From assembly GCA_000708835.1 (NCBI GenBank), contig DF237076.1, forward strand, positions 118,898 through 182,897: DNA of 64,000 nt, written 5' to 3'. The DNA comes from Klebsormidium nitens (taxonomy: Eukaryota; Plantae; Klebsormidiophyceae). Made by a program: the position numbers and the translations under genes. The notes beneath the pieces are model-generated. The model was not told the origin of the DNA. It searched no databases and saw only the letters and a list, made by a program, of their open reading frames with translations. Positions 37,418 to 50,100 of the stretch are shown piece after piece. Position 1 is the first letter of the stretch; each line of letters begins with the position of its first letter.

Positions 37418-38266
37418 ACAGGCAGCTTCAACGAATCTCCCCTCTCAGCAGTGGCCCGTCACCTTTCTTACAAGCGTACTAAGGTGAAGGCGTGAAAGTA
37501 GATCTAGACAAGCTGCCACTTTGCTTGCCATGATCAGCAAGTACTCTACAGAGGGTTAGGAAGTAACCTAATGAACATTCGGCGACTTTTAAAACGGCGA
37601 GCGTGCCGTTTTTTAGAATGGGGGACCACACAAAGGGTATCTGAGTCATACTGTGTGCTTACAAGCTAAGGACCGGCAGTAGGAAAGAAACCGTTGCGGC
37701 AAAATTTGAACAGGGTTAAAACATTCTCGTTTAAAATACCGAATTCAGATGGCCTGGTCAGGGGTTGTGGCCAAACTGCGTTCAGAGGCGCCTGGCATTT
37801 GGTTCTGAGCTGAAAAGCAGGTGATCGTTTGAGCTGGAGGGCGACCGGGACACCCGTGTCAGGCACCTTCGAGAGTTGGCGCTGAAGGATTGAGGAGGTC
37901 AAAGCTGTAGCTTCCCAGCTGTTTTCAAGGCTGAGTTTGACTTGTATAAGCATGTGATCCAGCGCCCAAGCAAAGCGTGGAAGGAGGAGAGCTTGAAAGG
38001 AGGCTGCAGATTTCAGATCAGCGTTTGGAAGCTAGAGTAAATTACACAGCAGTCTCAAACTTCCAGAAAAGCCTCAAGCAGAGTCATAAGCCGAATTGAG
38101 TTACAGTAGTGGCAACCAGCAAGAAAGCTGTGGCCAATCGTTTTTCGAACAGCAGTCACCCATGAGTTGACTGCCTGTCAATCTGCTACACCTCACTTAA
38201 AAAGCCATCGAGCAACATTGAATAGAACCACACCTCACCCAAGAGTGTATAGGAGACTCAGTCAGG

Positions 38267-40029
38267 ATGGTGGAGGAGGCGATCATGACGGGGGATGACC
38301 TCATGGTCGGGCCCCCTGCCCCGCTCCTCCCTGCTGACCTGGCGCCGCAGATCTTGGAAGGAGTGGACGTGTGCCAGAGACCACTGCGACGACTCTACAA
38401 GTGTGAGTTGTCCCTCAGTAAAGCATCAGGGCTGTTGAAGGTAGATCTTGACCAATTTCTAGTCAGAAGTTGTCACCAGTGCCGGCTCAATGGGAGCTAG
38501 CAAACATGAGTCCCGCACTGCGTTTGAAGCGGAGTATCTGTTTTGCCTGCTCGCAAGCAGTTCTTATAGTGGACCTTCCGGTCTGGGGCTCAATAAATTC
38601 ATATCTGCTAGCTCATGGTTGCTGAGACTTAAATGCACGACCGGAAGCAGCAGCACTCAAGCTGGACGTTAGAGGCAGTTAGATGACACAAGTGTATTGT
38701 ACTGACGGGCTTTCCAGAGGTTGCACTGGCACGCAAGGCGCTGCTTTTAGCAATTTTGTCAATTAATCTTTCCATCACCATACGCAGGCCTCTACGAGAA
38801 CGCAGATGCCGAACCGTTCTGTCAGAACGAGATCCTGCTATCCGGGCGGTGCTTTCAAAAGAGAGTGAGTTCCACCAGAATCTCGATCCTTTGCACTTAC
38901 AGAGGCTGCCAAAATACTTGCCTACAATTTGCGTGCTTCTACATAATACGAAATCCTACCCTAGGAACATCATACTCAGTCGCAGGAATCTTAGCAAGCA
39001 ATGAGCCAGGGACACGCCTTCCAGTAACTTTTAGGGCTGACCGTTCAACCAACATCCCAAAGACACGCAATACTTGAAGTCTACAATACTTCTTTTCAGG
39101 ATGAAGAGCTGCGCTCGCGGCTCCTTCGAGAAGAGTCGAAGCTTGCCAGAACGTTACCTGGACCCGAACTAGAGAGGCGGCAAGGGGACCTCTTAGCCGC
39201 TGCAGAGCTGCTGCAACGGTATGCTTCGACGACCTGTTTCCAACTTTTGCCTTTGTTCGTGCAACTTGTGGGTGTCCTCAAAACTTGCACCCCGTTGCAA
39301 GCTCCCAGCATCACTTCCATGCTCGCGACATCTGAGCAAGGGCATACTCCCATGTCAAACGTATGGAAAGCAGCGCTCGATGACAAGATTTTCCTCGTCG
39401 ATTCCAGACGGTTGATACTGGCAAGTGGCATCGACGGGATAGAGGGCTTCCGCCAGCGGTGGAAGCTGAACGGACAGCTGACAGACGTCCGGTAAGTGTA
39501 CCTACTGCGGTGATTCTGTTGACTACCCTTTTTTCCGTTTGTCTGGCCGCTGTCAGTGCATGTCTCATGAGGGTTTAAGACCATGAAGCGCATTGTTTCT
39601 TTAAGGACGTCAGAAGGACACATAACTTGGGCCTCTTTCAAATCAGAGCTTTTTGCAGATACAGCTCAGGGTTCCAAACCCTCTTCAGATCACTCTGCCA
39701 ATACTGTCACTGCTCTCTCCGTTTCGCAATCGCTGTGGCACGGGCCGTCACAGCCGAGCGGCTCGTGGAGCGACGAAAGTCGAGGGAGGGGCAAGACTGC
39801 AGAGCCTGCTACGGAACGTAACCAGTTGTGTGAAACGACTCGAAATCAGCTTCTTCATCGGTTCGAAAGAAAGGTCGACGAGCGTCTAAAACTGCGCAGC
39901 TTGGCCTGGAGATAACATCGACTCCCTCTTCTCAACTGTGTGACCCTGATGTCTTTCAGGAGTCGTTTGGAGCGCCTGGGAGTAAGCAGCATACCACCAC
40001 CTAGCTTGGAAGCTGAAGCAGGTTCGTAG
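38267..40029 (+). CDS. Conserved plant protein of unknown function (coiled-coil, ~165 aa), 5 exons
   Basis: Spliced product MVEEAIMTGDDLMVGPPAPLLP..ILEGVDVCQRPLRRLYK|CLYENADAEPFCQNEILL..QKR|DEELRSRL..LQR|RLILASGIDGIEGFRQRWKLNGQLTDVR|SRLERL..GS*. Four in-frame GT-AG introns. Resembles a land-plant family recalled as DDLMVGPPSP..RRLILASGIEG.EGFRQRW (recognition only). Confidence 0.8.
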
Positions 40030-41309
40030 TCTCGATAAGTACGGACTTAGCTTAAACCTAGGCAGCCCGTTGCGCGAGGGGGAATATGTCAGAGCTTATT
40101 TACCGACAGGAGAAAGAGTAATCTGGAAAGAGAGGCATATATATCTCGATGTTTACCGCTCTCGAACCGGACTCGAAAGCGGTTTAGGAGTCAAGTGTGC
40201 AGGCTTGCTTAGCTTCGCTACAAAGCAATCGCTTGTTTTCAAACTCTTGACTGTACGTAAGCTGGCGGCGGCGTGCATACTGGATTAAGTTGATGAAGCT
40301 GGCTCTTGGAGGTTAGTACGTGACTATAGTTACAGGCCGCGCCAGGCTCATGCATTTGCGTTCCCATGGCCGGTTGACGCAATCCTAGGCATCCGCACCA
40401 CCGCACTTATACGCAAGTGACATCGCGTTAGACATGAGACATCAATGATTCCGCGCGCTAGTCAAATGCAGGCGCATATTGAATCTCAGACGGTAGCTGC
40501 TAAGCATACGTTCATCTGCATTGTTAACTGCGGCGATGAACGCTATACATGCAATTCGATACGTATGGCCCGGAGTGCATGTCCGACCACAAGCCGGCCA
40601 CACTAGCTGATCGACCTAGGACCGGTAGTATGGTACATTGTTGGATCATGCATGTGTCACTCGCCGTACCAGATACAGCAGATTTTGGGCAGTTGTTTCG
40701 AATCGGAAAGTAGTTTAGCCTAACCTCATTACAGGTTTGCAAGTTCATAGCAATACTTAGCGAATTTTAGCTGACGTCATGATCTGCGAGGTTTGACATA
40801 TCACGTGCACCTAGGATGTTCAATATCGACACGTGCACGGTGCGACGGTCGGAGAGCCTCCTGCGATCGCGCCATGTGTCGGAGTTGGCCTACTTGCTGA
40901 AGTCAGCTAGACTTTGCGAATGATGACGTCAAACAATTAGCTAAACATTTGCTGCAACTTAGCGAGCAAAATTTAGCTAAGCTAAACCAAAAATCGAAAC
41001 GGATGCCCAAAAAGTGCTGTACTGTACGTATCTGCAGTACCACTCAAATTAACATGGAAAGAAAGACAGCTTTTTACATTAGACGACGATTTGACAACGT
41101 AGTTGCCAGGCGAAGCTTGTTATATTTACGAATTGAAGCCCGTGTCTGCTTCTCGATCCTGATTACAATCACGAGATGAAGGAAGTCAACGATGTACAAC
41201 TTCAATCCATTCATTACCTTCAAGTGCGTGGTACCTGCCACAAAACCTGCGTGCTCTCTGAGTGCGTCCTTTAAACGATAACCAAGCAGACTCGCAATGC
41301 AAGATAATG

Positions 41310-43451
41310 TTACGTAGCGTTGGTCAACAACGTCAAACCCTCCCGAAACGAATCGTCCGGGCCGTGAACAAGGCCTAACCTGAAGAGCCAGTCAGTAATC
41401 AACGTCGACATACCAAGGCCAAACGAGCCGTACGGTTCAGCGGTCTCGGGGTTCCAGTGCTCATAAATCCCGCTCTTCTGGTATGCGGCAACCCATCGGT
41501 CTAGCAGCTGCCGTGCTACATCTTCTCGGCCGCACTGCATCAGCCCCTCCATTACAAACCAGTTCGTGAAACCCCAGGAGGGGCCACGCCACATTAGCCG
41601 CTCTCGAAAGACGGGCGCATACGCCGGTTCGGACTTGGCAACTGTCGGCACCGGGTAGGGCGTCCAAAACTTGTCCGGATTCAGGAGCTGCTCGCTAATG
41701 ATCTTGTCCGCCATTTCCGGGGGCAAAGCGTTGCCCAAGAGGAGGGGAAACAGGGACTGGACGACCTCGGTTGTGAGAGCACGCGTGCGCTTCTGCGCAT
41801 CTTTGTAAAAGGAGACAAAACGTCCGAGCTCGGGGTCCCACATGTGCTGCACGATGGCCTGCTGCGCTGTGGCTTGCCGCTTGCGGCAGTGCTCTGCCAG
41901 GGTGCCGTTGAATTTTGAGGCAAGGTCTGCGAGCACGCCCCAGCCTGCTGCGTACACTGAGTTTACGGCCACGTCTTGAACCAGGAAGTAGGGCGCGCCA
42001 AAGCGACCCTTTTCCATTCGGATGATGCGCTGCTGGTCCCAGCGGTACCACCACTTGTACCTGTCAGCGGAGAACTTAACGTGAGCTTTCCAGAAGATGC
42101 GAAGCGGAGATTTGTCAAACAAAAGTGTCTGGTTGGCCGAATGGGGTCTCAGGTAACAAAGAGTCTGGCCTTCAAGAGCAAGTCGTGACAGTCTCTCTTC
42201 TCTTCAAAGTGCGGGCAATGACGGTGGTGTGAAGCGAAAAAACCGCTGGCAGTAAGAGTTGATGAGGAGCGGATCAGTCATCTTGCTATGAATGACATTA
42301 ATGCGAGTCTTTTAGGAGGGTCCAGAAGGTTTGCAGAATTTGAAGCTGGGAAAAGGAGGGACCTTTGACTTTTACTTGGAAAGTTCAATGGAATCAAGAA
42401 TCTCTCTGCCTTTGGATGCATGCAGAGCTCACAGAACTCACCAGTTGACCCGTTAAGAGCTCTGCAGTTGGAAAAGCTTTCAACCTCTCTGTTCTTTGCC
42501 AAAAGAAAGCACACCTGAAAAGTGCGCAAACATCACCAGACGTGACCGCAACAGTCACAAATCAGCATAGCATGCGGATCCAAGGTAAGAGTTTTGAAGG
42601 CTGTACCCTGCAAGGATGCTGATGAAGTGTGGGTATAACTCCAGGAGCCTGATCTGGCGGTGCTCCTTCCTGATGCGATTCACCAACGACTCCCCAATGT
42701 AAGGGATGTCATAGATGGGGCTTGCATCTAGTCCTGACTCCCAGCCATGGATGATACTCACGAGGCCGTTGCCATCCACGTCCCTAGTGTCGGCCCACCA
42801 ATCAAAGTATCTCACTAGGCTGGGAACAAACTCTTGCAGGAGATCAAGATCCTCTGGCTTCTGCTCATGCATAGCCCGTAGGGAGAAGGGGAGGACAGGC
42901 ATCTGCGTGAGGTCGGTGTAGAAGGGAGAGCTGTACTCCAGAAAGTCGGTGATGCCATCAGTGGTGCTAATGTTCTGCTGAACCAGACGCTGGGGCTCAT
43001 ACAGCCAGTTGATCACCTCAGGGATCATGCCGTTCTGCAACTGCATCTGCAGCATCGTGCGCAGGTCGATGATGCTGTTAGTCAGATTGAGATGCGACCA
43101 TGTAATCATGTGAGCTCCATCGTCCCAAAGCCACTGACTCGCGCCGTACTTGATCAGTGAGGGTCGGTAGAAGTGGTAGCGATAGGAGCGCTCGTTTTCA
43201 GGGGAGGGGCGAATGTTGTCGGGTTTCTTAGGCCAGTGACGCACGGTCTCGCCAGAGACCTCATGCAGTTCCAGCAATGTTTGGCAGGTGCGCACTATGT
43301 CTGCAGGCGTGGCTGTTGAGTAGTTGAGCTCTGGGGGGTACGGAAAAGGGACATCAGGCTCCAACTGCAGCACTGCGTTTGTCTGTAATGATTCAAAGCA
43401 CCCTGCGCCAATTGCAAACAGCAACAGCGGTATCACCTTGACGCCCGCCAT
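41310..43451 (-). CDS. Secreted (alpha/alpha)6 glycoside hydrolase, GH63/MGH1-like (mannosyl/glucosylglycerate hydrolase, YgjK-type fold); 2 exons
   Basis: ATG 43451 with hydrophobic signal MAGVKVIPLLLFAIGAG. Motifs QWLWDDG, GMIPEV, TQMPVLP, DVDGNGLVSIIHGWESGLDASP, QDVAVNS, FWTPYPVPTVA, MWRGPSW..NWFVMEGL, GIYEHWNP. Single intron ~42063-42604. Confidence 0.85.
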
Positions 43452-43817
43452 GCTGCGAATGCAGCCCTTGCACAAACCTTGGAAGCGAGCGCTATGTTAA
43501 AAGGCGCTGACCCGGTCCATGATGATAACGAAACAGTTTACAGCTCTACCGCTGCACCCTATAATCCATAGGAAGCACCTAATACCATACCGGTATATGC
43601 AATCCTGAGACAGCAGAAGACGGGCTTCCTTGCGCTCTGAAATTGGATCCTTGAATGCAGAACTTTGAACGTGCAAGGATGCATGCATGCATGCAATATT
43701 CTGATCAATGCCGCGACTCTGCAGAGTGTCATATAGGTATGATGAATAAATCATACCTATATATAATAGTCTGAGTGCTTATACCTTGGATCTTCAGAGA
43801 CGTCTGCCGCCTATGTA

Positions 43818-44150
43818 CAGCAGTTTCGGAGCAAGCTGCCCGGTTGCGATCGATAGATAGGGTCTATTTAGATACTAAATTTTGGTTAAACTGTAGCTAT
43901 TGCTTTGACGTCATCTAAACTATCCGCCCGTAGCAGCCGCCTGAGATAAATGAAAGGTGGGTTTCAAGCCGTCGATCGTCTCAGCAGGATTCATCGGAAG
44001 GTACATACTTTCCACATGGTAAAATTGTTCTCCATCATGACGTCAATTAGATTGGTAACGTAGCTAAACTTACAGTAAGTTTAGCCTAAACTTAGACTAA
44101 ATAGACCCTATCTATCGATCGCAACCGGGCAGCTTGCTCCGAAAATGCTG
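43818..44150. mobile_element. MITE-like element (333 bp) with ~53-bp terminal inverted repeats and TA target-site duplication (Tc1/mariner-type)
   Basis: Left end cagcagtttcggagcaagctgcccggttgcgatcgatagatagggtctatttag equals the reverse complement of the right end (..ctaaatagaccctatctatcgatcgcaaccgggcagcttgctccgaaaatgctg) with one mismatch. TA at 43816-43817 and 44151-44152. No internal ORF. Confidence 0.85.
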
Positions 44151-44407
44151 TAACGTTTTCCCAGTCGATACTTGCACTACAATCTGTGCGCGTTTCCGTC
44201 AGCTCGCGGGGGTGAAATAGAAGTCGGAGATTCGGAACACGTTATTCAGCAGCTTGAGAAACGGCACAGAATGCACGAGGTTTTCGGCTCAGTAAAATAC
44301 AGGAATATTTGTAGTAGGAGAACAATTTATTTTTGCCCTGCTTGTGAGTCTCTCTCCCCTCGTCTTGACAGCCTCTCACACTGACAGAGTTGCACAATAC
44401 CAATGCA

Positions 44408-45481
44408 ATGGCGCCTTCCACGGCGGCACAATGCCGCTTGCTGACCCCTCCAAAGCTACAACTTCAGCACTCGTGTGAGCACCTCCGCGTCAATGTCGCT
44501 GCCGGAGGTGCTGGCAGGCTGGTGGCGCCTATTCAAACCTTTGCATCCGGTTTTAGACGTATAGATTCTGAGTGCCGCTCGCTGGACTTTTGGAAAGGCA
44601 CAAGCTGCGGGTCTTGGACGAGTCGCAGATACAGAGTGCACGCACGGCGTGCTCAGGAGCAGCTCGCGGCTAAGGGAGGGGAGAATCTGGAGGAGCAAGG
44701 CTTGAGAGGCAGAGCTGCGAGGGCGCCCTTGCAGGCTTTAGATCTTGGAGCACCTCAAGAAAGTGAAGACGCCACCAAAGAATGCGTCCAGTGCGGGCAG
44801 GTCAAGCTGGTAGTTGACTTTGAGACCATTCGATCAAATAAGAGCATTCGAAAGGATGTGTGCCGGGCGTGCTCTGCGATGCTACGGGCCCAAAGAAGGG
44901 GAGACCCTTTGAATCACCTTGGAATGGAAATCAAAGAGGCGAGGGAGAAAGCAAAAGAGTGCCGGAAGTGCGGCCGCACTAAGGAGTTGCGGGACTTTCA
45001 GAGGCGTGCCCAATACAAGGATGGCTTGGAAGCCACGTGCCGCAGCTGCATTGCTCTAAAAGGTGTGCATCAGAGAAAAAATTGGCCGTCAGACGCGCCA
45101 AGGCAGTGTGCTTGCTGCAGGGAGACGAAGCCAGCCAAGGACTACTCGGTTTCTCCTCATTGTCAGGATGGTCGCCAGAGGATTTGCAAATTGTGTGCTT
45201 CACAGATAGACCGTGAGCGGTATATTCGGCGGAAGGAGGCACGAAATTTTCTTCGTGTGGAAACCAAGGTGTGCCTATCTTGCTTAACCCGGAAGCAGGC
45301 ATCAGGTTTTTCGCCCCACGGCTCTATGCTGGACGGCCTCGCTACCTGGTGCAAGTCATGCTCTGCAGCTTATGCCCGGCATCAAAAGTTAGCATCAAAG
45401 AACAAGGGAATGATAGGCGGACTTTCTGAGGGGATGAAGGACCCCATGAGTAGCCCCGCTGAGGTGGACAACCCAAGTTAG
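44408..45481 (+). CDS. Intronless Cys-rich protein with four Zn-ribbon-like repeats (gene B, paralogue of 9961-11016); possible plastid transit peptide
   Basis: ORF 44390-45481 with in-frame ATG 44408. Repeats: KECVQCGQVKLVVDF..CRAC, KECRKCGRTKELRDF..DGLEATCRSC, RQCACCRETKPAKDY..DGRQRICKLC, KVCLSCLTRKQASGF..DGLATWCKSC. The repeat 1-2 linker L(N/Y)HLG is shared with gene A. Confidence 0.82.
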   Translation: MAPSTAAQCRLLTPPKLQLQHSCEHLRVNVAAGGAGRLVAPIQTFASGFRRIDSECRSLDFWKGTSCGSWTSRRYRVHARRAQEQLAAKGGENLEEQGLRGRAARAPLQALDLGAPQESEDATKECVQCGQVKLVVDFETIRSNKSIRKDVCRACSAMLRAQRRGDPLNHLGMEIKEAREKAKECRKCGRTKELRDFQRRAQYKDGLEATCRSCIALKGVHQRKNWPSDAPRQCACCRETKPAKDYSVSPHCQDGRQRICKLCASQIDRERYIRRKEARNFLRVETKVCLSCLTRKQASGFSPHGSMLDGLATWCKSCSAAYARHQKLASKNKGMIGGLSEGMKDPMSSPAEVDNPS

Positions 45482-45853
45482 CAACATATATGGTGCGCGG
45501 CGCTTCCCGAGCGGGGCGTTCTTGGGACAGGTGAGGTCATATGTTTGAGATGGATATCTGTGTACCCTATTTGGAAATCCTATGAAAGGCAATTGCGCTA
45601 GGAAATGTACTAACCTTCAATCGTTTTCTTTGTCCTGGTTGATAGGTTGTAGATTCGATCTTGGTGCTTCTCATTGACAGGCAGCCGCGAACGTTTGACA
45701 AACGTGGTCTATTTAGATACACCAAGGTGCTGCCGGTCCCCCGACCTAAGAGCGAAGCTCCTTCACATGTCAATGTTCCTTTTTGATGTATTGATGTACT
45801 GATGTACAGCTGTTTGCGTCAAACTTGCCAGCGGGGTCCAGACTTTTGGAGCG

Positions 45854-45921
45854 TGGTTCCTGATCTTGGGCCGTCCGATGCCTGCATGGTTGGTGATCGA
45901 ACGGTCCAAGATCAGGAACCA
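45854..45921. repeat. 21-bp inverted repeat (hairpin) flanked by short TTGATGTA tandem repeats
   Basis: tggttcctgatcttgggccgt (45854-45874) pairs with acggtccaagatcaggaacca (45901-45921), one mismatch. tgatgta arrays at ~45784-45807 and ~45969-45997. Confidence 0.75.
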
Positions 45922-47141
45922 TGATCGGAGCATCTGAAACCCGATGGCAGGTTTGACGCAAAGAGCTGTATTGATGTATTGATGTATTGATGTACTGTGG
46001 AAGGAGTCAGCGGCTGGAAATTTTGCAAGTGCTGTCACAGGAAGTGCAATAACAGTCGTCAGGCAAGCCGGCCCTTTGTTCGCCTTTGTGCAGGATGTCG
46101 ACAAGATGAGAGTCATGAGCGCCAAGTCTCGATCAAGAGTTTTGCTGCGTGCAGTTCCACTGCTTACGACATGAATGTACACCGATAGACAGCAAACGCC
46201 AGCATGGCGTTTGTTGACCCGTGGGCTCGAAGGGCGCAGATACGCCTGACTTCAAAGTAGTTGAATTCATTGGAGGTTTGCAATTCTAGCTTGGACCGGG
46301 TGTATGCTCAGTTCAACATTTTGCTTTAAGGGGGCAGTATATGAGCGCGTGCGTTGACCTTGCCAGCTTGCATGTTTCACTAGCTTGTTACACTCTCCAT
46401 GAGATGAATGTAAAGCTCGTCGGACGCAACCTAAAAGCCAATGTAGCGAAGCAAATTGCTGAGTGCGCAGCTGCTGTGCTAGTCGGAGAACCATTGCGCA
46501 GCTGAGATCAATCACTTGTGTGCTCAAAGCATGGATGATCGGCAGCAGACGCAGTGCCATACGAACCGTACATGCAGGTGAACCAGTCTTTCGCATGTCG
46601 ATACCCGGCCGCCCGCAGACATGATCAGGCGCCGGTTTCCATCATTCCTCGGACCCACAGAATGGCTTGCGCAACTGCGCACATGGCACATATATCCAAT
46701 TTTTGATGTCGTGTTAAGGTACGTTGCGGCTCCAATCGGTACGTTTCGCTTTGTTAATCCAACTTACCTTTAAATCTGCGAGTCCTGCACGAAGTTCATA
46801 TATCATAGAATGTCGATTGGCCCACTCAGCGGGCTTGCGCGCTCATATGGTAGCTCTAAAAGAACTAGCAAGGCGTGCCTCCGCCGGTGCTTTACAGATC
46901 AAGATCCATGCGCAAGTAAGGAGATGCGCCAAGGCACTGGCGGCCGGGTGGCCGGGTCACGCAACCACTCGTAAATTGCAGTGTGTTCGACATTTGTGAA
47001 GACCTTATATAGTCGTCGTACCAAGCCATCCCTGATCGGATGCATGACACTGGTTGCTCGGCGAATGCAAGCAAAGCCAATCGGGCGGCCTCATCACAGA
47101 CGATTATGATTGTATACCACACAAAAGGTGGCGGACGCTAG

Positions 47142-50100
47142 TTACCGGGCTACAAGCCATTGTTTCCTCGCCGTCAAGGCGCCTTGCTTCACAATGTCTA
47201 ATTTGTCTACCCCCAACGCTGTATATGAAAGCTGGATCCTGTCCCAATCCCCGCTGGTAAGATCGGGAGTCGAATGGACCGGAACTCCCAGGTAGGTCTT
47301 GTGGTCCGCGATGCTATTCCCAGCGACGCCTCTGCGGACAAGAAAGATAGCTTGCCGTTAGCCCGTTTTGAGAACGCCGGGATTAAGGGACTGGCTGTTC
47401 GAAGGAGGCGAGCTGTCGGCATTCGACCTAGGAACTCCGATTGGGGGTGCAGTTGATCAAACAGCCAAATTGCAGGCAGGAGGCGGCAGCTCCCATACGG
47501 ACTCTTAAGGACCATGAAAGACCGGCAAGAACCCGCTACGGACAGAAAGGAGGCTGTGTTTCCCTGTTCTGAAGGAAATCAACAGAAGGTGAAGACCCAA
47601 AAAGACGGCTCTTTCTGCTATAGCAGAAACGGTTCGAGCTGAGTTGTCCAGATGAGAACCAAGGAGAAATCGCGTTGACATGACTCGTTGACAAGACGGA
47701 AAAAGGAATCCAAGGGGCCGTGTCCAAATCGAGTAGTGGCCAGCAGCGGCGCACGTAATGCAAGGGCGGTTCAACGCTGGTGTAAGCTAACACTCGGAAA
47801 TTGGGAATTCGAGCGACTCTGAAGGCGACAGCTCGGGCAGTTGGTCGCCGGGTGGGACACGTGACCCACAACGCTCATCTTGAAAAGCGATTTTCACCGG
47901 ATAGAAATTGAAATGGGCATGCCTGTCCTTCTGAGATCTCAAGGTGCAAAACCTCTTCTCAAAGGTCTTTGTGTGCCGTCCAAAGTCACGCACGTCAAGC
48001 TCTCGGCTCCGTCAACATTGCACATGACGTTCATCGTATTCCAAAGCCCCATATGATAAACAAGGACAGTCGAAATCCAAAGCCCCATATGAGAATCAAG
48101 GAGTGTCGGATTCAACGCCCCATATGAGAGCTAAGGACAAAAAAGAAAAGGCCAAAGAGGAACTCACCGGCTGCACAGCGGGTCCTCCCCCGAGCCGTCG
48201 CACACTTTTTCGAACTCGAACAGTGCGATGTGGTAGATCCAGATCTGTCGAAAACAACTGCCACGTGTCACGCATGCAACGCCCCGCATCAGGTACAGGA
48301 GCGAGCAGCTCGGTATGGAATCAAAATCACTTGCACCTGGTGCCTTATAGTCCACGTAAGTAGCATGCACGTTCAACCTTAGAGGTTAAAGTGGGCGTCG
48401 GATTTCAAAGCCGGGAAACGCACACTAGTGAGTCTGAGTCCTGAGGAGAGCCTCGAGAAGGCCAACTCTGAGCCGTCCGATAGATTCAACTTGGACGTTT
48501 GAACCGTCCGATGTCCAGATGCACTCGCGAGTGCATACGCCCACTTTAAGATCTGGAAGAGGTTGATGCCTTTTGGCAGAACGAACTGAAATGCCGGTCC
48601 GGAGACACAAGATGACGTCGGCTTGCCTCGGTGGCTATGTGGTGGTAATTAACGTCCACGGGCGGCAGATGCGGGACGACGTCATGACCGTTGACCATGC
48701 GGATGCTGTTAGGCACCTGCAAGAGGCAAACCACCAAGTAAAGCCAGTCATACGTAGCTAACCAGTCGTTAACTCGCGGTTTCATCTTCGAGAAGCAGGC
48801 CTGCCGAAATCAGCAAAAGGATGGTTTAGTGCTGGAGAAGCAGGGAGATCACATCATCGAGCTACCGTACCAGCGTTTGATTTCGTTGGTATGGGTGCCG
48901 AATAATTATTTTCTGATCGATCGGACATTTCGGCAGAGTGTTCGATATTTTTCAGACATCTCGTCAAAGTCGCAATCCTCTCCCAAAGATAAGCATTACC
49001 AGCCTCTACCGCTCGGATTTAATATTCGACCTTTTCGTCATCGAAGAAAAACAGTTTCCATAATTTTCCCAGCAGCCCAAATCATTATATGTTAGAAAAC
49101 GAAATAAATCGCTGGTACGGTATGGCTATGCTCAAAGCGGCCAGAAGAACAATGGAAATAGCGAGGTCGAGAAGAAGCACAAGGAACAACTAGAGCAGGA
49201 TGAAAGCGGAGCAGGAAGACTGCGGCACGATTGTGCGACATCCAACTCATCGTACAGCGTACCGAGGCACACAAGAGCACTCTTGCCAAACAGAGCACAA
49301 AAAGCCAAAAACCATAGAGTAGCAGCCCACAAGACCGTACCCATCGCTTAAAGTAGTCGGTGAACGCCTTGTTCCCGACCCGCGGCCCGCCCGCATTCCA
49401 CAGCCGGACGTCCGGAAGGCCAAAGTTTACCTGCAAAGCCCAGAAACAAGTCATACTATATATATCTCCTCTTGTTTGTTCCTCCCCCTCTCGTAAGAAG
49501 AGAGCCACTTTCGCATCGATTACCGTGTCACTTTAGCTTATCCGGGTAAAACGACTTTTTTGATGCTTCGAGAACAATTTGATGCTTCGAAGAAAAGCAG
49601 GCGGTCGGAAGTCCCTGTCGAAGGGCGGAAGATGTCAGGCTATGTAAAGCGACGAAGACCCTTCCGGTCCGCACGCAAGGTCCGATCAGCGCTGATAACA
49701 GGAGTCGTAGCGTTCCAAAGGAGGAGACCACCAAAATAAGACTGCCACAGCCCTGGGACGCAAGAGAGCTCCAAATTGCCGACAGTGGCGTGCTTTGTCC
49801 AGGACAGACAAACAGGCTCTTCCAAAACACCATGCTCCACACCATCGAGCATGCTCAGGGCGATCGTAGAAGTCCAAGGATGGCCAAATCGTGTCGCAGC
49901 CGTCCGAATCTCACTTACCAATCCCAGGCTGCAACACGATCTAGCCTCGAGCAGCCCTATCTCCAAAGAGGGTTCCGAATCTGGTTTGGGTCACACCGGG
50001 GAAAACCGCTCGATAACACAAATCTGGAGCGTCCAATCGTTTGACGTCGAAAGATGGACGGTTGCGACACGGTTTTGTGCTGTCCCTCAGCCACTTCAAC

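Noticed and set aside
40300-41200. Intergenic region with TGACGTCA, CACGTG and TAGCTAAAC motifs, possibly a decayed element
   Set aside because: No clear TIRs, TSD or ORF; boundaries cannot be defined.
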